A DNA stretch of 64,000 nucleotides from Balanoglossus misakiensis (lineage: Eukaryota; Animalia; Hemichordata): positions 2,076,902-2,140,901 of the forward strand of contig CM082585.2 in NCBI GenBank assembly GCA_040954595.2, written 5' to 3'. Each line of letters starts with the position of its first letter. Position 1 is the first letter of the stretch. The notes below the pieces were generated by a model that saw only the letters and a program-made list of their open reading frames with translations, searched no databases and was not told where the DNA came from. Position numbers and translations under genes: made by a program. Positions 1 to 15,000 of the stretch are shown one piece after another.

Positions 1-3000
1 TCTGTTGTGATGCGTAGAACACATACATATGCCTATGCGCATAAGAAAGTTTTCCACCAGACTCTGTAGATCGACGGATAGTTGTAAAATTTCCATGGTT
101 GCTTCCAAACAGCCTCGTTTATTTACCGATTTCTGTTGTGATGCGCAGAACACATAGATAGGCATATGTGCATAATAAAGTTTTCCACTAGACTCTGTAG
201 ATCGAGAGATAGTTCTAAAATTTCCATGGTTGCTTCCAAACACAGCCTCGTTTGTTTACAAAATTCTGTTGTGATGCGCAGAACACATATATAGGCCTAT
301 GCGCATAATAACGTTTTCCACTAGACTCTGTAGATCGACGGATAGTTGTAAAATTTCCATGGTTGCTTCCAAACAGCCTCGTTTATTTACCGAATTCTGT
401 TGTGAGGCGCAGAACACATAGATAGGCATATGTGCATAAGAAAGTTTTCCACTATAGACTCTGTAGATCGAGAGATAGTTCTAAAATGTCCATGGTTGCT
501 TCCAAACACAGCCTCGTTTGTTTACAAAATTCTGTTGTGATGCGCAGAACACATATATAGGCCTATGCGCATAAGAACGTTTCCACTAGACTCTGTAGAT
601 CGACGGATAGCTGTAAAATTTCCATGGTTGCTTTTAAACAGCCTCGTTTATTTACCGATTTCTGTTGTGAGGCGCAGAACACATAGATAGGCATATGTGC
701 ATAAGAAAGTTTTCCACTATAGACTCTGTAGATAGTTCTAAAATGTCCATGGTTGCTTCCAAACACAGCCTCGTTTATTTACCGATTTCTGTTGAGATGC
801 GCATAACACATAGATAGGCCTATGCGCATAAGAACGTTTTCCACTAGACTCTGTAGATCGACGGATAGTTGTACAATTTCCATGGTTGCTTCCAAACAGC
901 ATCGTTTATTTACGGAATTCTGTTGTGAGGCGCAGAACACGTAATAGGTCTATGCGCATAAGGAAGTTTTCCACCAGACTCTGTAGATCGACGGATAGTT
1001 GTTAAATTTCATGGTTGCTTCAAAATACAGCCTCGTTTATTTACCGATTTCTGTTGTGATGCGCATAACACATAGATAGGCCTATGCGCATAAGAACGTT
1101 TTCCACTAGACTCTGTAGATCGACGGATAGTTGTACAATTTCCATGGTTGCTTCCAAACAGCCTCGTTTATTTACCGATTTCTGTTGTGAGGCGCAGAAC
1201 ACATGACAGGCCTATGCGCATAAGACATTTTTCCACTAGACTCTGTAGATCGACGGATAGTTCTAAAATGTCCATGGTTGCTTCCAAACAGCCTCGTTTA
1301 TTTACCGAATTCTGTTGTGAGGCGCAGAGCACGTAATAGGCCTATGCGCATAAGAAAGTTTTCCACCAGACTCCGTAGATCGACGGATAGTTGTAAAATT
1401 TCCATGGTTGTTTCCAAACACAGCCTCGTTCATTTACAAAATTCTGTTGTGATGCGCTGAACACATACATATGCCTATGCGCATAAGAAAGTTTCCCACT
1501 AGACTCTGTAGATCGACGGATAGTTCTAAAATTTCCATGATTGCTTCCAAACACATCCTCGATTGTTTACAAAATTCTGTTGTGATGCGCAGAACACATA
1601 TATAGGCCTATGCGCATATGAACGTTTTCCACTATACTCCGTAGATCGACGGATAGTTCTAAAATTTCCATTGTTGCTTCCAAACAGCCTCGTTTATTTA
1701 CCGAATTCTGTTGTGAGGCGCAGAACACGTAATAGGCCTATGCGCATAAGAAACTTTTCAACTTTAGATCGAGAGATAGTTCTAAAATTTCCATGGTTGT
1801 TTCCAAACACAGCCTCGTTCATTTACAAAATTCTGTTGTGATGCGCTGAACACATACATATGCCTATGCGCATAAGAAAGTTTCCCACTAGACTCTGTAG
1901 ATCGACGGATAGTTCTAAAATTTCCATGATTGCTTCCAAACACATCCTCGATTGATTACAAAATTCTGTTGTGATGCGCAGAACACATAGATAGGCCTAT
2001 GCGCATATGAACGTTTTCCACTATACACTGTAGATCGAGAGATAGTTCTAAAACTTCCATGTTTGCTTCCAAACAGCCTCGTTTATTTGCGGAATTCTGT
2101 TTTGAGGCGCAGAACACATAGATAGGCATATGTGAATAAGAAAGTTTTCCACTATAGACTCTGTAGATCGAGAGATAGTTGTAAAATTTCCATGGTTGCT
2201 TCCAAACAGCCTCGTTTATTTACCGATTTCTGTTGTGAGGCGCAGAACACATAGATAGGCCTATGCGCATAAAAAACTTTTCAACTTTAGATCAACGGAT
2301 AGTTCAAAAATTTCCATGGTTGCTTCCAAACAGCCTCGTTTATTTACCGAATTCTGTTGTGAGGCACAGAACACATAGATAGGCCTATGTGCATAAGAAA
2401 GTTTTCCACTATAGACTCTGTAGATCGAGAGATAGTTCTAAAATGTCCATGGTTGCTTCCAAACACAGCCTCGTTTGTTTACAAAATTCTGTTGTGATGC
2501 GCAGAACACATATATAGGCCTATGCGCATAATAACGTTTTCCACTAGACTCTGTAGATCGACGGATAGTTGTAAAATTTCCATGGTTGCTTCCAAACAGC
2601 CTCGTTTATTTACCGAATTCTGTTGTGAGGCGCAGAACACATAGATAGGCATATGTGCATAAGAAAGTTTTCCACTATAGACTCTGTAGATCGAGAGATA
2701 GTTCTAAAATGTCCATGGTTGCTACCAAACACAGCCTCGTTTGTTTACAACATTCTGTTGTGATGCGCAGAACACATATATAGGCCTATGCGCATAAGAA
2801 CGTTTCCACTAGACTCTGTAGATCGACGGATAGCTGTAAAATTTCTATGGTTGCTTCCAAACAGCCTCGTTTATTTACCGATTTCTGTTGTGAGGCGCAG
2901 AACACATGATAGGCCTATGCGCATGAGACATTTTTCCACTAGACTCTGTAGATCGACGGATAGTTGTAAAATTTCATGGTTGCTCCCAAATACAGCCTCG

Positions 3001-6000
3001 TTTATTTACCGATTTCTGTTGTGATGCGCATAACACATAGATAGGCCTATGCGCATAAGAACGTTTTCCACTAGACTCTGTAGATCGACGGATAGTTGTA
3101 CAATTTCCATGGTTACTTCCAAACAGCCTCGTTTATTTACCGATTTCTGTTGTGAGGCGCAGAACACATGATAGGCCTATGCGCATAAGACATTTTTCCA
3201 CTAGACTCTGTAGATCGACGGATAGTTCTAAAATTTCCATGGTTGCTTCCAAACAGCCTCGTTTATTTACCGAATTCTGTTGTGAGGCGCAGAGCACGTA
3301 ATAGGCCTATGCGCATAAGAAAGTTTTCCACCAGACTCTGTAGATCGACGGATAGTTGTAAAATTTCCATGGTTGCTTCCAAACAGCCTCGTTTATTTAC
3401 CGATTTCTGTTGTGATGCGCAGAACACATAGATAGGCATATGTGCATAATAAAGTTTTCCACTAGACTCTGTAGATCGAGAGATAGTTCTAAAATTTCCA
3501 TGGTTGCTTCCAAACACAGCCTCGTTTGTTTACACAATTCTGTTGTGATGCGCAGAACACATATATAGGCCTATGCGCATAATAACGTTTTCCACTAGAC
3601 TCTGTAGATCGACGGATAGTTGTAAAATTTCCATGGTTGCTTTCAAACAGCCTCGTTTATTTACCGAATTCTGTTGTGAGGCGCAGAACACATAGATAGG
3701 CATATGTGCATAAGAAAGTTTTCCACTATAGACTCTGTAGATCGAGAGATAGTTCTAAAATGTCCATGGTTGCTTCCAAACACAGCCTCGTTTGTTTACA
3801 AAATTCTGTTGTGATGCGCAGAACACATATATAGGCCTATGCGCATAAGAACGTTTCCACTAGACTCTGTAGATCGACGGATAGCTGTAAAATTTCCATG
3901 GTTGCTTTTAAACAGCCTCGTTTATTTACCGATTTCTGTTGTGAGGCGCAGAACACATAGATAGGCATATGTGCATAAGAAAGTTTTCCACTATAGACTC
4001 TGTAGATCGAGAGATAGTTCTAAAATGTCCATGGTTGCTTCCAAACACAGCCTCGTTTATTTACCGATTTCTGTTGTGAGGCGCAGAACACATAGATAGG
4101 CATATGTGCATAAGAAAGTTTTCCACTATAGACTCTGTAGATCGAGAGATAGTTCTAAAATGTCCATGGTTGCTACCAAACACAGCCTCGTTTGTTTACA
4201 AAATTCTGTTGTGATGCGCAGAACACATATATAGGCCTATGCGCATAAGAACGTTTCCACTAGACTATGTAGATCGACGGATAGCTGTAAAATTTCCATG
4301 GTTGCTTCCAAACAGCCTCGTTTATTTACCGATTTCTGTTGTGAGGCGCAGAACACATGATAGGCCTATGCGCATGAGACATTTTTCCACTAGACTCTGT
4401 AGATCGACGGATAGTTGTAAAATTTCATGGTTGCTTCCAAATACAGCCTCGTTTATTTAGCGATTTCTGTTGTGATGCGCATAACACATAGATAGGCCTA
4501 TGCGCATTAGAACGTTTTCCACTAGACTTTGTAGATCGACGGATAGTTGTACAATGTCCATGGTTGCTTCCAAACAGCCTCGTTTATTTACCGAATTCTG
4601 TTGTGAGGCGCAGAACACGTAATAGGTATATGCGCATAAGGAAGTTTTCCACCAGACTCTGTAGATCGACGGATAGTTGTAAAATTTCATGGTTGCTTCC
4701 AAATACAGCCTCGTTTATTTACCGATTTCTGTTGTGATGCGCATAACACATAGATAGGCCTATGCGCATAAGAACGTTTTCCACTAGACTCTGTAGATCG
4801 ACGGATAGTTGTACAATGTCCATGGTTGCTTCCAAACAGCCTCGTTTATTTACCGAATTCTGTTGTGAGGCGCAGAACACGTAATAGGTCTATGCGCATA
4901 AGGAAGTTTTCCACCAGACTCTGTAGATCGACGGATAGTTGTAAAATTTCATGGTTGCTTCCAAATACAGCCTCGTTTATTTACCGATTTCTGTTGTGAT
5001 GCGCATAACACATAGATAGGCGTATGCGCATAAGAACGTTTTCCACTAGACTCTGTAGATCGACGGATAGTTGTACAATTTCCATGGTTGCTTCCAAACA
5101 GCCTCGTTTATTTACCGATTTCTGTTGTGAGGCACAGAACACATGATAGGCCTATGCGCATAAGACATTTTTCCACTAGACTCTGTAGATCGACGGATAG
5201 TTCTAAAATTTCCATGGTTGCTTCCAAACAGCCTCGTTTATTTACCGAATTCTGTTGTGAGGCGCAGAGCACGTAATAGGCCTATGCGCATAAGAAAGTT
5301 TTCCACCAGACTCTGTAGATCGACGGATAGTTGTAAAATTTCCATGGTTGCTTCCAAACAGCCTCGTTTATTTACCGATTTCTGTTGTGATGCGCAGAAC
5401 ACATAGATAGGCATATGTGCATAATAAAGTTTTCCACTAGACTCTGTAGATCGAGAGATAGTTCTAAAATTTCCATGGTTGCTTCCAAACACAGCCTCGT
5501 TTGTTTACAAAATTCTGTTGTGATGCGCAGAACACATATATAGGCCTATGCGCATAATAACGTTTTCCACTAGACTCTGTAGATCGACGGATAGTTGTAA
5601 AATTTCCATGGTTGCTTCCAAACAGCCTCGTTTGTTTACAAAATTCTGTTGTGATGCGCAGAACACATATATAGGCCTATGCGCATAATAACGTTTTCCA
5701 CTAGACTCTGTAGATCGACGGATAGTTGTAAAATTTCCATGGTTGCTTCCAAACAGCCTCGTTTATTTACCGAATTCTGTTGTGAGGCGCAGAACACATA
5801 GATAGGCATATGTGCATAAGAAAGTTTTCCACTATAGACTCTGTAGATCGAGAGATAGTTCTAAAATGTCCATGGTTGCTTCCAAACACAGCCTCGTTTG
5901 TTTACAAAATTCTGTTGTGATACGCAGAACACATATATAGGCCTATGCGCATAAGAACGTTTCCACTAGACTCTGTAGATCGACGGATAGCTGTAAAATT

Positions 6001-9000
6001 TCCATGGTTGCTTTTAAACAGCCTCGTTTATTTACCGATTTCTGTTGTGAGGCGCAGAACACATAGATAGGCCTATGTGCATAAGAAAGTTTTCCACTAT
6101 AGACTCTGTAGATCGAGAGATAGTTCTAAAATGTCCATGGTTGCTTCCAAACACAGCCTCGTTTATTTACCGATTTCTGTTGTGATGCGCATAACACATA
6201 GATAGGCCTATGCGCATAAGAACGTTTTCCACTAGACTCTGTAGATCGACGGATAGTTGTACAATTTCCATGGTTGCTTCCAAACAGCATCGTTTATTTA
6301 CCGAATTCTGTTGTGAGGCGCAGAACACGTAATAGGTCTATGCGCATAAGGAAGTTTTCCACCAGACTCTGTAGATCGACGGATAGTTGTAAAATTTCAT
6401 GATTGCTTCCAAATACAGCCTCGTTTATTTACCGATTTCTGTTGTGATGCGCATAACACATAGATAGGCCTATGCGCATAAGAACGTTTTCCACTAGACT
6501 ATGTAGATCGACGGATAGTTGTACAATTTCCATGGTTGCTTCCAAACAGCCTCGTTTATTTACCGATTTCTGTTGTGAGGCGCAGAACACATGATAGGCC
6601 TATGCGCATAAGACATTTTTCCACTAGACTCTGTAGATCGACGGATAGTTCTAAAATTTCCATTGTTGCTTCCAAACAGCCTCGTTTATTTACCGAATTC
6701 TGTTGTGAGGCGCAGAACACGTAATAGGCCTATGCGCATAAGAAACTTTTCAACTTTAGATCGAGAGATAGTTCTAAAATTTCCATGGTTGTTTCCAAAC
6801 ACAGCCTCGTTCATTTACAAAATTCTGTTGTGATGCGCTGAACACATACATATGCCTATGCGCATAAGAAAGTTTCCCACTAGACTCTGTAGATCGACGG
6901 ATAGTTCTAAAATTTCCATGATTGCTTCCAAACACATCCTCGATTGTTTACAAAATTCTGTTGTGATGCGCAGAACACATATATAGGCCTATGCGCATAT
7001 GAACGTTTTCCACTATACTCCGTAGATCGAAAGATAGTTGTACAATGTCCATGGTTGCTTCCAAACAGCCTCGTTTATTTACCGATTTCTGTTGTGAGGC
7101 GCAGAACACATGATAGGCCTATGCGCATAAGACATTTTTCCACTAGACTCTGTAGATCGACGGATAGTTCTAAAATTTCCATGGTTGCTTCCAAACAGCC
7201 TCGTTTATTTACCGAATTCTGTTGTGAGGCGCAGAGCACGTAATAGGCCTATGCGCATAAGAAAGTTTTCCACCAGACTCCTTAGATCGACGGATAGTTG
7301 TAAAATTTCCATGGTTGTTTCCAAACACAGCCTCGTTCATTTATAAAATTCTGTTGTGATGCGCTGAACACATACATATGCCTATGCGCATAAGAAAGTT
7401 TCCCACTAGACTCTGTAGATCGACGGATAGTTCTAAAATTTCCATGATTGCTTCCAAACACATCCTCGATTGTTTACAAAATTCTGTTGTGATGCGCAGA
7501 ACACATATATAGGCCTATGCGCATATGAACGTTTTCCACTATACTCCGTAGATCGACAGATAGTTCTAAAATTTCCATTGTTGCTTCCAAACAAAGCCTC
7601 GTTTGTTTACAAAATTCTGTTGTGATGTGCATAACACATGATAGGCCTATGCGCACATGAACGTTTTTCCACTAGACTCTGTAGATCGACGGATAGTTCT
7701 AAAATTTACATGGTTGCTTCCAAACAGCCTCGTTTATTTACCGATTTCTGTTGTGAGGCGCAGAACACGTAATAGGCCTATGCGCATAAGAAAGTTTTCC
7801 ACCAGACTCTGTAGATCGACGGATAGTTGTAAAATTTACATGGTTGCTTCCAAATACAGCCTCGTTTATTTACCGATTTCTGTTGTGATGCGCATAACAC
7901 ATAGATAGGCCTATGCGCATAAGAACGTTTTCCACTAGACTCTGTAGATCGACGGATAGTTGTACAATTTCCATGGTTGCTTCCAAACAGCCTCGCTTAT
8001 TTACCTATTTCTGTTGTGAGGCACAGAACACATGATAGGCCTATGCGCATAAGACATTTTTCCACTAGACTCTGTAGATCGACGGATAGTTGTAAAATTT
8101 CCATGGTTGCTTCCAAACAGCCTCGTTTATTTACCGATTTCTGTTGTGATGCGCAGAACACATAGATAGGCATATGTGCATAATAAAGTTTTCCACTAGA
8201 CTCTGTAGATCGAGAGATAGTTCTAAAATTTCCATGATTGCTTCCAAACACAGCCTCGTTTGTTTACAAAATTCTGTTGTGATGCGCAGAACACATATAT
8301 AGGCCTATGCGCATAATAACGTTTTCCACTAGACTCTGTAGATCGACGGATAGTTCTAAAATTTCCATGGTTGCTTCCAAACAGCCTCGTTTATTTACCG
8401 AATTCTGTTGTGAGGCGCAGAGCACGTAATAGGCCTATGCGCATAAGAAAGTTTTCCACCAGACTCTGTAGATCGACGGATAGTTGTAAAATTTCCATGG
8501 TTGCTTCCAAACAGCCTCGTTTATTTACCGATTTCTGTTGTGATGCGCAGAACACATAGATAGGCATATGTGCATAATAAAGTTTTCCACTAGACTCTGT
8601 AGATCGAGAGATAGTTCTAAAATTTCCATGGTTGCTTCCAAACACAGCCTCGTTTGTTTACAAAATTCTGTTGTGATGCGCAGAACACATATATAGGCCT
8701 ATGCGCATAATAACGTTTTCCACTAGACTCTGTAGATCGACGGATAGTTGTAAAATTTCCATGGTTGCTTCCAAACAGCCTCGTTTATTTACCGAATTCT
8801 GTTGTGAGGCGCAGAACACATAGATAGGCATATGTGCATAAGAAAGTTTTCCACTATAGACTCTGTAGATCGAGAGATAGTTCTAAAATGTCCATGGTTG
8901 CTTCCAAACACAGCCTCGTTTGTTTACAAAATTCTGTTGTGATACGCAGAACACATATATAGGCCTATGCGCATAAGAACGTTTCCACTAGACTCTGTAG

Positions 9001-12000
9001 ATCGACGGATAGCTGTAAAATTTCCATGGTTGCTTTTAAACAGCCTCGTTTATTTACCGATTTCTGTTGTGAGGCGCAGAACACATAGATAGGCATATGT
9101 GCATAAGAAAGTTTTCCACTATAGACTCTGTAGATCGAGAGATAGTTCTAAAATGTCCATGGATGCTTCCAAACACAGCCTCGTTTATTTACCGATTTCT
9201 GTTGTGATGCGCATAACACATAGATAGGCCTATGCGCATAAGAACGTTTTCCACTAGACTCTGTAGATCGACGGATAGTTGTACAATTTCCATGGTTGCT
9301 TCCAAACAGCATCGTTTATTTACCGAATTCTGTTGTGAGGCGCAGAACACGTAATAGGTCTATGCGCATAAGGAAGTTTTCCACCAGACTCTGTAGATCG
9401 ACGGATAGTTGTAAAATTTCATGATTGCTTCCAAATACAGCCTCGTTTATTTACCGATTTCTGTTGTGATGCGCATAACACATAGATAGGCCTATGCGCA
9501 TAAGAACGTTTTCCACTAGACTATGTAGATCGACAGATAGTTGTACAATTTCCATGGTTGCTTCCAAACAGCCTCGTTTATTTACCGATTTCTGTTGTGA
9601 GGCGCAGAACACATGATAGGCCTATGCGCATAAGACATTTTTCCACTAGACTCTGTAGATCGACGGATAGTTCTAAAATTTCCATGGTTGCTTCCAAACA
9701 GCCTCGTTTATTTACCGAATTCTGTTGTGAGGCGCAGAGCACGTAATAGGCCTATGCGCATAATAAAGTTTCCCACTAGACTCTGTAGATCGACGGATAG
9801 TTCTAAAATTTCCATGATTGCTTCCAAACACATCCTCGATTGTTTAGAAAATTCTGTTGTGATGCGCAGAACACATATATAGGCCTATGCGCATATGAAC
9901 GTTTTCCACTATACTCCGTAGATCGACAGATAGTTCTAAAATTTCCATTGTTGCTTCCAAACAAAGCCTCGTTTGTTTACAAAATTCTGTTGTGATGTGC
10001 ATAACACATGATAGGCCTATGCGCACATGAACGTTTTTCCACTAGACTCTGTAGATCGACGGATAGTTCTAAAATTTACATGGTTGCTTCCAAACAGCCT
10101 CGTTTATTTACCGATTTCTGTTGTGAGGCGCAGAACACGTAATAGGCCTATGCGCATAAGAAAGTTTTCCACCAGACTCTGTAGATCGACGGATAGTTGT
10201 ACAATTTCCATGGTTGCTTCCAAACAGCATCGTTTATTTACCGAATTCTGTTGTGATGCGCATAATACATAGATAGGCCTATGTGCATAATAAAGTTTTC
10301 CACTAGACTCTGTAGATCGACGGATAGTTGTAAAATTTCATGATTGCTTCCAAATACAGCCTCGTTTATTTACCGATTTCTGTTGTGATGCGCATAACAC
10401 ATAGATAGGCCTATGCGCATAAGAACGTTTTCCACTAGACTATGTAGATCGACAGATAGTTGTACAATTTCCATGGTTGCTTCCAAACAGCCTCGTTTAT
10501 TTACCGATTTCTGTTGTGAGGCGCAGAACACATGATAGGCCTATGCGCATAAGACATTTTTCCACTAGACTCTGTAGATCGACGGATAGTTCTAAAATTT
10601 CCATGGTTGCTTCCAAACAGCCTCGTTTATTTACCGAATTCTGTTGTGAGGCGCAGAGCACGTAATAGGCCTATGCGCATAATAAAGTTTCCCACTAGAC
10701 TCTGTAGATCGACGGATAGTTCTAAAATTTCCATGATTGCTTCCAAACACATCCTCGATTGTTTAGAAAATTCTGTTGTGATGCGCAGAACACATATATA
10801 GGCCTATGCGCATATGAACGTTTTCCACTATACTCCGTAGATCGACAGATAGTTCTAAAATTTCCATTGTTGCTTCCAAACAAAGCCTCGTTTGTTTACA
10901 AAATTCTGTTGTGATGTGCATAACACATGATAGGCCTATGCGCACATGAACGTTTTTCCACTAGACTCTGTAGATCGACGGATAGTTCTAAAATTTACAT
11001 GGTTGCTTCCAAACAGCCTCGTTTATTTACCGATTTCTGTTGTGAGGCGCAGAACACGTAATAGGCCTATGCGCATAAGAAAGTTTTCCACCAGACTCTG
11101 TAGATCGACGGATAGTTGTAAAATTTACATGGTTGCTTCCAAATACAGCCTCGTTTATTTACCGATTTCTGTTGTGATGCGCATAATACATAGATAGGCC
11201 TATGTGCATAATAAAGTTTTCCACTAGACTCTGTAGATCGAGAGATAGTTCTAAAATTTCCATGGTTGTTTCCAAACACAGCCTCGTTTGTTTACAAAAT
11301 TCTGTTGTGATGTGCATAACACATGATAGGCCTATGCGCACATGAACGTTTTTCCACTAGACTCTGTAGATCGACGGATAGTTCTAAAATTTACATGGTT
11401 GCTTCCAAACAGCCTCGTTTATTTACCGATTTCTGTTGTGAGGCGCAGAACACGTAATAGGCCTATGCGCATAAGAAAGTTTTCCACCAGACTCTGTAGA
11501 TCGACGGATAGTTGTAAAATTTACATGGTTGCTTCCAAATACAGCCTCGTTTATTTACCGATTTCTGTTGTGATGCGCATAATACATAGATAGGCCTATG
11601 TGCATAATAAAGTTTTCCACTAGACTCTGTAGATCGAGAGATAGTTCTAAAATTTCCATGGTTGTTTCCAAACACAGCCTCGTTCATTTACAAAATTCTT
11701 TTGTGATGCGCTGAACACATACATATGCCTATGCGCATAAGAAAGTTTCCCACTTGACTCTGTAGATCGACGGATAGTTCTAAAATTTCCATGATTGCTT
11801 CCAAACACATCCTCGATTGTTTACAAAATTCTGTTGTGATGCGCAGAACACATATATAGGCCTATGCGCATATGAACGTTTTCCACTATACTCCGTAGAT
11901 CGACAGATAGTTCTAAAATTTCCAATGTTGCTTCCAAACAAAGCCTCGTTTGTTTACAAAATTATGTTGTGATGTGCATAACACATGATAGGCCTATGCG

Positions 12001-15000
12001 CATATGAACGTTTTCCACTATACACTGTAGATCGAGAGATAGTTCTAAAATTTCCATGGTTGCTTCCAAACAGCCTCGTTTATTTACCGAATTCTGTTGT
12101 TAGGCGCAGAACACGTAATAGGCCTATGCGCATAAGAAAGTTTTCCACCAAACTCTGTAGATCGACGGATAGTTGTAAAATTTACATGGTTGCTTCCAAA
12201 TACAGCCTCGTTTATTTAGCGATTTCTGTTGTGATGCGCATAATACATAGATAGGCAAATGTGCATAATAAAGTTTTCCACTAGACTCTGTAGATCGAGA
12301 GATAGTTCTAAAATTTCCATGGTTGTTTCCAAACACAGCCTCGTTCATTTACAAAATTCTGTTGTGATGCGCTGAACACATACATATGCCTATGCGCATA
12401 AGAAAGTTTCCCACTAGACTCTGTAGATCGACGGATAGTTCTAAAATTTCCATGATTGCTTCCAAACACATCCTCGATTGTTTACAAAATTATGTTGTGA
12501 TGCGCAGAACACATATATAGGCCTATGCGCATATGAACGTTTTCCACTATACTCTGTAGATCGAGAGATAGTTCTAAAATTTCCACGGTTGCTTCCAAAC
12601 AAAGCCTCGTTTGTTTACAAAATTATGTTGTGATGTGCATAACACATGATAGGCCTATGCGCATATGAACGTTTTCCACTATACACTGTAGATCGAGAGA
12701 TAGTTCTAAAATTTCCATGGTTGTTTCCAAACACAGCCTCGTTCATTTACAAAATTCTGTTGTGATGCGCAGAACACATATATAGGCCTATGCGCATATG
12801 AACGTTTTCCACTATACTCCGTAGATCGACAGATAGTTCTAAAATTTCCAATGTTGCTTCCAAACAAAGCCTCGTTTGTTTACAAAATTATGTTGTGATG
12901 TGCATAACACATGATAGCATATGCGCATATGAACGTTTTCCACTATACTCTGTAGATCGAGAGATAGTTCTAAAATTTCCACGGTTGCTTCCAAACAAAG
13001 CCTCGTTTGTTTACAAAATTATGTTGTGATGTGCATAACACATGATAGGCCTATGCGCATATGAACGTTTTCCACTATACTCTGTAGATCGAGAGATAGT
13101 TCTAAAATTTCCACGGTTGCTTCCAAACAAAGCCTCGTTTGTTTACAAAATTATGTTGTGATGTGCATAACACATGATAGGCCTATGCGCATATGAACGT
13201 TTTCCACTATACTCAGTAGATCGAGAGATAGTTCTAAAATTTCCATTGTTGCTTCCAAACAAAGCCTCGTTTGTTTACAAAATTCTGTTGTGATGCGCAG
13301 AACACATATATAGGCCTATGCGCATATGAACGTTTTCCACTATACTCCGTAGATCGACGGATAGTTCTAAAATTTCCATTGTTGCTTCCAAACACATCCT
13401 CGTTTGTTTACAAAATTCTGTTGTGATGCGCAGAACACATATATAGGCCTATGCGCATATGAACGTTTTCCACTATACTCCGTAGATCGACAGATAGCTC
13501 TAAAATTTCCATTGTTGCTTCCAAACAAAGCCTCGTTTGTTTACAAAATTCTGTTGTGATGTGCATAACACATGATAGGCCTATGCGCATATGAACGTTT
13601 TCCACTATACTCTGTAGATCGAGAGATAGTTCTAGAATTTCCATGTTTGCTTCCAAACAGCCTCGTTTATTTACGGAATTCTGTTTTGAGGCGCAGAACA
13701 CATAGATAGGCATATGTGCATAAGAAAGTTTTCCACTATAGACTCTGTAGATCGACGGATAGTTCTAAAGTTTCCATTGTTGCTTCCAAACAAAGCCTCG
13801 ATTGTTTACAAAATTCTGTTGTGATGCGCAGAACACATATATAGGCCTATGCGCATATGAACGTTTTCCACTATACTCCGTAGATCGACAGATAGTTCTA
13901 AAATTTCCATTGTTGCTTCCAAACAGCCTCGTTTATTTACCGAATTCTGTTGTGAGGCGCAGAACACGTAATAGGCCTATGCGCATAAGAAACTTTTCAA
14001 CTTTATATCGAGAGATTGTTCTAAAATTTCCATGGTTGTTTCCAAACACAGCCTCGTTCATTTACAAAATTCTGTTGTGATGCGCTGAACACATACATAT
14101 GCCTATGCGCATAAGAAAGTTTCCCACTAGATTCTGTAGATCGACGGATAGTTCTAAAATTTCCATGATTGCTTCCAAACACATCCTCGATTGTTTACAA
14201 AATTCTGTTGTGATGCGCAGAACACATATATAGGCCTATGCGCATATGAACGTTTTCCACTATACTCCGTAGATCGACAGATAGTTCTAAAATTTCCAAT
14301 GTTGCTTCCAAACAAAGCCTCGTTTGTTTACAAAATTATGTTGTGATGTGCATAACACATGATAGGCCTATGCGCATATGAACGTTTTCCACTATACTCT
14401 GTAGATCGAGAGATAGTTCTAAAATTTCCATGGTTGTTTCCAAACACAGCCTCGTTCATTTACAAAATTCTGTTGTGATGCGCAGAACACATATATAGGC
14501 CTATGCGCATATATGAACGTTTTCCACTATACTCCGTAGATCGACAGATAGTTCTAAAATTTCCAATGTTGCTTCCAAACAAAGCCTCGTTTGTTTACAA
14601 AATTATGTTGTGATGTGCATAACACATGATAGGCCTATGCGCATATGAACGTTTTCCACTATACTCTGTAGATCGAGAGATAGTTCTAAAATTTCCACGG
14701 TTGCTTCCAAACAAAGCCTCGTTTGTTTACAAAATTATGTTGTGATGTGCATAACACATGATAGGCCTATGCGCATATGAACGTTTTCCACTATACTCTG
14801 TAGATCGAGAGATAGTTCTAAAATTTCCACGGTTGCTTCCAAACAGCCTCGTTTATTTACGGAATTATGTTGTGAGGCGCAGAACACACGATAGGCCTAT
14901 GCGCATAAGACATTTTTCCACTAGACTCTGTAGATCGACGGATAGTTCAAAAATTTCCATGGTTGCTTCCAAACAGCCTCGTTTATTTACCGAATTCTGT

